DNA of 64,000 nucleotides. Origin: Octopus vulgaris (lineage: Eukaryota). Both the position numbers and the translations under genes were made by a program. The notes below the pieces were generated by a model, which was not told the DNA's origin, did no database searches, and saw only the letters and a list, made by a program, of their open reading frames with translations. Location: positions 128,650,001-128,714,000 of the forward strand of contig OX597819.1 of the NCBI GenBank assembly GCA_951406725.2. Direction: 5' to 3'. Positions 55,044 to 64,000 of this stretch are shown piece by piece. The stretch's first letter is position 1. Each line of letters starts with the position of its first letter.

Positions 55044-55923
55044 ACTCTAAGCAATATCTTCCATTCAATATCTTCATTCAATTCATGCCACCCCAGACAC
55101 ACCAGGATGAATATCCCCTTCAATCTAGCAAAAAGGATATGCACTATAGTCTCTAACGCAAACACCAGAGACACACGACTACAAGAACTAAAAGATACCC
55201 TTATCACCAGGAACTATCCACCTTCACTTATTGACAAGTGCATTCAACTTAACATCAAGGAACTGAGACATCCCAAATCAAAGAAAAACTTACAACCAAA
55301 AGCCTTACCATACATCTCCACACACAACCCTCTCAATAACGAAGCCTTCGACACCATCCTCCACAACATACCCCTCCTAAAAAAAGACCACAGAATGAAC
55401 ACAATCCTCCAAACACACACGATCATAAAAAGCAAAAGACAGCCTAGATCCATGAAAAGTCTCCTTACACAAGCCCGAATTCACTCTTCAACACAGAAGC
55501 CGACAGTAAAAAAATGTGGAAGACCCAATTGCGGGATATGCGACTATCTAATTGAGGGATCAGAGTTTTCCTTCAAACAGGGACAACGGTTTACAGTGAA
55601 AAGCAACTTCACATGTGCTTCGGAGAACCTAATATACTCACTAACCTGCTCCGGGTGTCAAGAGCAGTACATAGGCCAAACAAAAAAATGGTTTGCGTAA
55701 ACGAATGGCCCTGCACAGATCCCAGATAAAAATTCCCCAAAACAGAAAAATAGCTTTTAGCCAACACATAGATACTTGCGCCAACAAAAAAACACCAAAC
55801 TTCAGAATTTTCCCCCTCTACCAATTTAGGGACGATACAACCTCGAGACAACGAATAAGTAAAGAAAATCTCTTTATTACAAAATACAAGCCACTTCTTA
55901 ACGGGTCTACGACAAACAATTAA
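55044..55923 (+). pseudogene. 5'-truncated PLE ORF: RT C-terminal thumb, Zn-finger, GIY-YIG endonuclease (1-nt frameshift in A7 at ~55682)
   Basis: FNSCHPRHTRMNIPFNLAKRICTIVS...RNYP, CGRPNCGIC, NLIYSLTC..CQEQYIGQT; continues in ORF 55693-55923. Confidence 0.9.
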
Positions 55924-56642
55924 TATACCTCAACTTTAGAATAAAAGAAATATATACACACACAAATATTACACTCCATAGAATCCATTACTAATCAGCC
56001 CCATCAAAGCTATACTTACACCCATTCATATTCTCCCTTCTCTGTTTTTTTCTTCTTCTTCTTCTTCTTCTTCTTCTTCTTCTTCTTCTTCTTCTTCTTC
56101 TTCTTCTTCTTCTTCTTCTTCTTCTTCTTCTTCTTCTTCATCATCATTATCATCATCATCGTCGTCATCATCATCACCACCATCATCACCACCATCTTCT
56201 CCTTCTCCTTCTTCTTCTTCTTCTTCTTCTTCTTCTTCTTCTTCTTCATCATCATCATCATCATCAACATCGTCATCTTCTTCTTCTTCTACTTCTCCAC
56301 CTTCCACCCCTTAACCTTGTCACTAATGTCTTTCAGTATAACGCCTACGCAAATTCCATAAACAATTCCTGAATTGAACTGCGACTACTGTCAACCACTG
56401 TCAGCCACTGACCATTCAAAATACGACCATTAAGGCATTCCCAGATTTCCCCAACCCTCTCCACATCAACCTCATTATTCTTCACCTATCCTACCAAGAA
56501 CTCAAAACGACCTCGAACACACAAGTGCAAACAAGGGAGTCAGAGAAAGGCAGAATGCTACTTATATCTGAACACTACTACAGAAATATTCCTTTAAAAA
56601 ACTTTTCTTCTAATTTTTCTAAATTTAATTATTTAATCGTTA

Positions 56643-56680
56643 CAGTTGAAAAGGTCTCAAAATGACCGAAACCGGTACTG
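56643..56680 (+). ncRNA. Hammerhead ribozyme, U3-A8 variant (right arm copy)
   Basis: cag-TTGAAAA-ggtc tcaaaat gacc-GAAAC-cg-GTA-ctg; palindromic stem III accggt. Confidence 0.7.
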
Positions 56681-56769
56681 AAAGATTCACTATAAAATCA
56701 TCTTAGCATTTTCTATTTTTGACTTGTTTTTTCATATATATCAACTCATGTGTTCCTTTCCACCCTTAT

Positions 56770-56835
<66 letters not shown>

Positions 56836-56920
56836 ATAATCAAAAAGGGTAATAACATAAGTTATTATTACCAGTGGCCTAGCACAAAAGACGAATTAGT
56901 CATTAGACAAAATATTATTC

Positions 56921-57188
56921 ATATAGAAATATAATAAAAGGCTCCCAAATAAGGAAGCTAGTGCTAGAGACACAAAGAGGGATAAACTTATGGAAAGAAT
57001 GAAAATCCTTATTTGGGAGCCTTTCTGACAGGCTGTCTGTTTTGCTAGAAAGAGGTAGAAACTGATCAGTCTGGGATATATCTTTAATGGTAAATGTTTT
57101 TGATTTTCATTCTTTCCATAAGTTTATCCCTCTTTGTGTCTCTAGCACTAGCTTCCTTATTTGGGAGCCTTTTATTATATTTCTATAT
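56921..57188. repeat. Perfect 87-bp inverted repeat with 94-bp spacer
   Basis: 56921-57007 is the exact reverse complement of 57102-57188; spacer has a 17-bp third arm fragment and GAAAC-tgatca-GTC. Confidence 0.95.
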
Positions 57189-57738
57189 ATATATATAACT
57201 CTTTTACTTGTTTCAGTCATTTGACTGTGGCCATGCTGGAGCACCGCCTATATATATATATATACATACATATATATATTTACACACACACCCTCACATT
57301 CTAAAACATTAGAACTTCCTGTAGAGTTTTAAAGTTAGGTTTAACCTACCGGATGTCTTGCCAGTTGGCCCTCTCCCCAAATCACGCTTCCCGTCACATG
57401 CTTCTCCCGAGTTAATGTAACACCAGAAACTTTGGCTTTCCACTCTGTTTATTTATCACAAGTTCTCGATTATTTCCGGCAAGGCATGTGACGGTTCTTG
57501 GGAATGCTGAAGAGAGTCAACTAGTTTGAAACTGGTATTTCACTTGCAGAAAGAAAAAAACATGGGCGTTAAATAGCAGTTTTTACTTGACATCAGGGTC
57601 AAATATGCGTTATTTGAAACGTAAATGTACATTCATATACACAAGTCAAGAGGTAGAATATAACTGGGCAAGATATTTTTCATTTACAATAATACACACA
57701 TGCACACACACTCACACACACACACACAATATGTATAT

Positions 57739-57769
<31 letters not shown>

Positions 57770-57843
57770 AATATATATATGACATATATATATATATATA
57801 TATATACATACATATTATATATATATGCATATATATACATACA

Positions 57844-57916
<73 letters not shown>

Positions 57917-58127
57917 AGATAATGGTGTCATTGAGACCCAAAGGTGTCAGGTAATGCTGAATAAGTGTTATAGACAGACCATAGTTAAGTTCCAGATTCG
58001 GTAATATTGCGAATAAAGGGTTCAACGTTGGTTCTATGTCAGCGTGTGTATATATGAATTTTTTTGCGTAATGAGATAAAAAAAAAAACCAAGGCTGTAT
58101 AGATATTAGAGCCTTTATAGATAGAAG

Positions 58128-58182
58128 GTCTTACAGCTGTTTCTAGAATATTAATTAATAATAATATCCCTTCATCGGAGAC
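58128..58182 (-). ncRNA. Hammerhead-like motif (CCGATGA variant) in a PLE-type repeat
   Basis: gtct-CCGATGA-agggatatt...aatattcta-GAAAC-agct-GTA-agac; palindromic stem III acagctgt. Confidence 0.55.
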
Positions 58183-58469
58183 GGTGTGAGAGGAAAAATT
58201 AAGTCATAGTTTCGATGTGATACAAACAGAGGGTGAGGTAGTGGAAAGAAAATAGATGTAAGATATGTATGGTTAATGAATTCGTAAATCCGTTTTATAG
58301 GCATAATGTAATATTCCAATATCCTTTGAGTAAAATCCAAAAGTCTAACAGAGTTTAATATGAGTCCTTCCAGATGTAGAATTTATAAGCAATGTAAGAT
58401 TCTCTTAAAGTTGGTCATTTCCAGTAGAGAATTTATATAGAGTGTCATTGCTTATAAATTCTACATCTG

Positions 58470-58978
58470 GATATTCCTGGGAGGACAGAGTCTCCAACAC
58501 TGAGGTGCTTCACAGAGCCGAAATGCCCAGGATCAAAGCCCTCATCATGAAGGCCCAGCTCCGGTGGGACGGACATGTAGTCCGAAAAGACGACACGCAT
58601 CTATCAAAAATGATCTCCTTCTCTGAGCTGGCTTCTGAAGCAAGAAACCCTTGGAGGGCCACTGAGGCGATACAAAGACAGAAAACTTCCCTTGAAGCCT
58701 GCGGCATTTCAGCCCGTGGTTGGGAATCGCTTGCCTCTGACCGCGGCGACTGGCGTCCAGCTGTCCGAAAGGGTGTTAGGCTGTTCGGGGAAAAGCGCCT
58801 CAAGAGCCTTTTGAATCAGAAGCGACAAGCCCGAAAAGAGAGGATCCCCAACCCTCCTCCTTCTGCTGTTACGTGCCCAACATGTGGTCGCATCTGCGCA
58901 TCCGCCTTTGAGTTCCGCTCCCACTTCTGGAGTCATTGACGTCATTGTCGAACCCCTACAGACTTCCATTATTATTAT
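58470..58978 (+). mobile_element. RTE-clade LINE 3' end with C2H2 zinc finger
   Basis: SWEDRVSNTEVL...QLRWDGHVVR...WESLASDRGDWR...CPTCGRIC....FRSH...H; (ATT)n tail. Confidence 0.88.
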
Positions 58979-59209
58979 GTATAAGCATAGTTTACGAAGT
59001 TCGTTTCTAAATTACGAGGTCCCCGTTTCAATCCCACTGCCTGGCATCTTGGACAAATGCTGAATCATACCTTGTGAGTAAAGTTGGATAGACTAAGCTG
59101 TGTAAAAACCCGTTGGATGGATTGTCCGTGGGGTTCAAGTGGTCAGCCTTGGGACACTTTGTCTCGCAAGATTTCACCTGAAAAGTACATTAACAGTACG
59201 CGTGTGTCT

Positions 59210-59442
59210 AAGGTGGTGAGCTGGCAGAAACGTTAGCACGCCGGGTGAAATGTTTAGCAGTATTTCGTCTGCCGTTACCTTCTGAGTTCAAATTCCGCCG
59301 AGGTCGACTTTGCCTTTCATCCTTTTGGGGTCGATAAATTAAGTACCAGTTGCGCACTGGGATCGATAAAATCGACTTAATCCGTTTGTCTGTCCTTGTT
59401 TGTCCTCTCTGTGTTTAGCCCCTTGTGGGTAGTAAAGAAATA
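59210..59442 (+). mobile_element. SINE family B
   Basis: Full copy; TSD gtacgcgtgtgtc / gtgcgcgtgtgtc. Confidence 0.9.
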
Positions 59443-60383
59443 GGTGCGCGTGTGTCCGAGATAGTCGACGACTGCCACCCGAACTGAATTCATTTGATCG
59501 TAAACTTGAAAACCCATGGCCGGAAATTCTGACCAATGCATATGTATGCATGTATGTATGCATATTTTTCTTTGAGTTTTATTTAAGTTTTTCTTGAGAG
59601 AGTTCAAGCCGGTCGCTAACAAAGCGATAAGACTTTTTGAGTTAAAAAGCTCCTGGTGTTTGTAACTATGTAGTTGAGTTGGTGAGTTGGTTGAAGTGTC
59701 GATGCACAGACCCAAGTGAGTGCATCTATTCACATTAGAATTTCAGATGGAGAATGTTTGGAATGTCTTACAGATCTTCACTGTGCCACTTACAGATTAG
59801 ATTTGGAGAATCTGCGTCAGTTTCTTTTGCTCTTTCTTTGTGAAATCGAGTATTTCTAGGTCTGTGTGTATGTGTGTGTGTGTGCGTGCGCGCGTGTTTT
59901 GCATGTATGCATGCATGCTCTCTTTCTCTTCTTCATTCAGAGCAAATTTTGGCCGGCCATCTGCTTGGTAACAAGGTTATAAAGGGAACCTTGAGGTCTA
60001 GCAGGTTTTTATAGTCTCAGATATCGTGATAATTTGCAGTGTATTAATTAAAGACTTGTCTCTCTCCCCAGTAACCTAAGCCCAGCCTTACTTTGCATGT
60101 GTGTGTGTGTGCATGTGTGTGTGTATGAATGTATGTATGTGGGTGTATGTATATATGTGTGTACGTATGTATATGCATCTGTATATGTGAGTGTATGGAT
60201 GTACGTGTGCATGAGGGTATGTGTGTATGTATACATCACGTGAGCACATGTTTACATATATACGTATGTATGTATATATTGCGAGGATGATCCGGTTCTT
60301 GACTGAAGATTAAAGGCTTCGAATGACCCGTCCGTGTTTTTTGTATCGTCTATTTGAATGTTTTGCGTTCTTGTCCCATTTTG

Positions 60384-60471
<88 letters not shown>

Positions 60472-61122
60472 GTAAATATATATATGTCGGTAAATAAATA
60501 TATATGTATGTGTGTGTGTAAATATGTATCTGTGAGTGGTGTGTATGTGTATGTGTGTGTGTAAAGAGATGTAAATAGAGGGAGAGCGGGGATAGAGAGA
60601 GGAAGACAGAGAGAGAGGGAGGGAGGGAGAGAGAATGTAAAAAAATACATTTACGCATGCATATAGCATTTGAAACATTTCCTATCAGATATACTTCCTG
60701 TCATGGAGAAACAGTGGGAACGAAGGATATTGTTGCAAGTACATATTTGCTGATAAACATAGCAAGCAGCCGACCTCGACCGACATACTGTAACAGTTGT
60801 GTTGTATAATTATATTAATTACCTATAATCGGTCGGTAATTTCAGGACATTTATCTAAAAAAAACCGACTCATCGACGTCATCATTGTCATCGTTCTCGA
60901 CGGCGTTGTCGCCATCATCATAATGCCGTTATCCCTCACTCCACACTTTCACACAAATACAGACGTGCATATGTATATATATATATATATTCATTTAGAG
61001 ATAGTAGGCCCCTTCAATGATGAATTCCACTCCAAGGGTATGAAAAAAAAAAAATATATTTCCTCATTGAGAATAATTTGAACCCCTGTTATGCCGGAAT
61101 TTTTATTCCCTTACAAATAAAA

Positions 61123-61177
<55 letters not shown>

Positions 61178-61650
61178 ACATATATACATACATATATAGA
61201 TACATAGACACATACACGCACGTACATACATAAATAACATACATATACATACATGCTTACATATAGTCCTTCTGCTTTCACTATCTATCATGTAAACTTA
61301 TCCAGTTCATAATGGTGACTCCTTTTTTTTTCTATAAGTAGTATTTATTAGTATTTAGTATTAACTCATGGAGCCTGGTTTTAAACTATTGGAGATGTGT
61401 GCTATGGGTATATAAATCGTATCAAAGTATGCTTGAAATATATTACAGCTTTGAATACTGGACTCCTGCTAAGTTGATGTATTTAACTGTTGCAATAAAG
61501 ATATAATCACCGAGTTCAAAGTTTAAAAAAACAGATGCTATATATATATATATAATTATTTGAGGGAATATTATTCCTAACTTACAGGAAAAAATTCAAT
61601 TTAGAAATACTAAATCAAAGTTCACAAAATATAATATATATATATAAAAA

Positions 61651-61956
61651 TTAGAAAAAACCCCACCTTTTATCAATTCAAAATGAACAATTATATTATA
61701 CATCTAGAAAATTACATATAATAAAAACATTAAAAATAAAATAACTATAATATACCGATGATTAAGTAAATTGCAAAATAATAATAAAAAGTATATATTT
61801 ACTAAACATATACGTTATTATTATTATTCTGCAATTTACTTAATCAGTGGTATATTATAGTTATTTTATTTTATTTTTAATATTTTTATTATATGTAATT
61901 TTCTAGATGGTGTAATTGATAAAAGGTGTAATTGATAAAAGGTGATTGTTTTCTAA
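61651..61956. repeat. AT-rich inverted repeat (~90-130 bp arms)
   Basis: catctagaaaattacatataataaaaa...gtaaattgca (61701-61787) mirrored at ~61816-61909. Confidence 0.8.
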
Positions 61957-62022
61957 CTGAGAAAAGTTCTTTTTATATTTCACGGTAGGCGACCAGGATT
62001 GCCGGGTGTGCGAATAAAAAAG

Positions 62023-62432
62023 CAAGAGCGACGGAATGGAATAGAGAAGATCCGGGCCACATATGTTTCATGGTGAGGGGAATCTCAGAAGTGGTGAATA
62101 TCCAGGCGAGGTGTATTCTTCAGGCCAAGGATATCTTGATTAAATGAAAGTTTACATTTCCGCAACGAGGTACATGTTAATACATGGAAAATTCAATCAG
62201 AAAGTGTGACTAAATCTTCCATTCTGATTGATTCTTGCATTCTGATTGAATCTTCCAAGCGTTGACATGTACCTGTTTGCTGCAGCAATGTAAACTTTCA
62301 TTTAATCAAGATATTCTTGGCCTGAAGCGTAGCCTGCGGTATACACCTCACCTGGACATTTATTACTTCTGAGGTGTTTCGCTTGCTATGAAACATATAG
62401 CCCGGATCTTATCTACTCCATTCCGTAACTCT

Positions 62433-62434
<2 letters not shown>
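62023..62434. repeat. Diverged inverted repeat (~190-bp arms) ending at (TA)n(TG)n
   Basis: cttcaggccaagg.atatcttgattaaatgaaagtttacatt and flanks mirrored; arms contain gaaacatat(gt) hammerhead-like halves. Confidence 0.85.
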
Positions 62435-62521
<87 letters not shown>

Positions 62522-62632
62522 GTGTGTGTGCGTGTGTGTGTGTGTGTGTGTGTGCATATATATTGATTGATTGATTCCAGTTTCAGCTTATGAGCTGTGG
62601 CCATGCTGGGGCACCATATATATATATATATA

Positions 62633-62704
<72 letters not shown>

Positions 62705-62767
62705 CAGAGAGAGAGAAAGATACGTGCATATAGATAGATAGATATCCGTACATATACGTGTGCATTT

Positions 62768-62835
<68 letters not shown>

Positions 62836-62836
<1 letters not shown>

Positions 62837-63027
62837 AGTTTCAAATTTTGGCACATGGCTAAAGATTTCGGGTTTAAGTTGAGTACATCGACCGCAGTGC
62901 TGAACCGGTACTCATTTTATCGACCTCGAAGGAATGAAAGGCAAAGTTGATCTCGGCAGAATTTGAACTCGAAATATGAAGCTAAGCGTGTTGCCCGGTG
63001 TGCTAACGATTCTACCAGCTCGCCGTC
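62836..63027 (-). mobile_element. SINE family B, older variant
   Basis: atcgacctcgaaggaatgaaaggcaaagttgatctcggcagaatttgaactc...ccagctcgccg. Confidence 0.75.
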
Positions 63028-63937
63028 TTTGTGTGTGTATGTGTGTATGCATTAACATATATATGCATGTATAGGTACACAAGTAAAGACACATACATGC
63101 ACATAGCATATATACATATGCACATGTATTTACATACGCATATAATAGTGATCTCTAGAGAGGTGGATAACACATGCACTTCTTATGCTGTAGGAATTGT
63201 ATTACTCCATTCGAATTTTTGTTTGAAACTAGTCTCATATTATTATATGCAAGCTAATCCGGTAACATACCTTAATATAATATAAATATGTATTAATACG
63301 ATATCCACTCTGTGCCTAGGGACTGAACAGTTGATAACATTTTGTTATAGATTTCTTTTCGGTATAGCAGTTCCAGTGTTCATTGAACATGGTTTGTACA
63401 TGATTACTTTTATCATATAGTACATATATATTTTTAACTTTGCTATTTTTTAACTTTATAATTGATATGCATGTCTATGTTTAGTTAGTGTGTGGGGGTG
63501 TAGACATACATAGAGGTATACGCATGCGCAAATAAAGACACATATAATAAGAATACAAAATACATAATGGCTGACCGTTAGTAAGGAGAGACACACAAAT
63601 AAGAAAGAAGGAAGCAAAGGACCACTGATGAGGTAACAGAAGTGTGACGAAAGAACTCTGGCCGAAATAAGATTAAGATTAATGTAAAAAATAAATAAAG
63701 CTGAAGCAAATTAACACCAAATATATAGTGCGTATGTTTTTATTGGCTAAACTGCCAACATGACCATTCCTAAATACAACAATATCTATTTCAACACACG
63801 ATTTCACATCAAGAATCTTGCAAAACAAATATATATATATATATTAACAAATTCAATTGCTGCAATTATTAATTATGATTTAAAAATAAGAAAATACACT
63901 ATTTTGTTGCCAAGAAAAATTAAAGGGGCATATATAT

Positions 63938-64000
<63 letters not shown>

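Noticed and set aside
54247-56307. Acidic poly-E/D and poly-K ORFs (54247-54508, 56016-56307)
   Set aside because: (GAA)n/(GAT)n microsatellites in the PLE 3' region, antisense to the element ORF and variable in length between arms.
63620-63670. ctgatgag...gccgaaa hammerhead-like core
   Set aside because: Stem III, cleavage triplet and stem I are absent.

Overview
AT-rich, repeat-dense eukaryotic DNA. The SINE families and the (TA)n/(CA)n/(CATA)n microsatellite load strongly suggest an octopus (coleoid cephalopod) genome; this is inferred from family resemblance. No intact host protein-coding gene can be supported, and nearly all long ORFs in the track are microsatellite translations. The window holds at least four tRNA-derived SINE families (about 35 copies or fragments, many with TSDs). 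It also holds a decayed Gypsy LTR element, HERO-, RTE- and CR1-type LINE relics, a Tc1 relic, MITEs, non-autonomous Helitrons and a 6.7 kb polarity-switching (TATG)/(CATA) array. The most notable signal is a set of Penelope-like element (PLE) derivatives. One is a young 2.9 kb palindromic GIY-YIG PLE. Several smaller fold-back insertions sit in or next to (TA)n tracts. About a dozen complete or half minimal type-I hammerhead ribozyme motifs with palindromic stem III occur, including a U3-A8 compensatory core and a recurrent CCGAnGA core variant. A few unique segments with splice-like signals may be exons of a host gene (low confidence).
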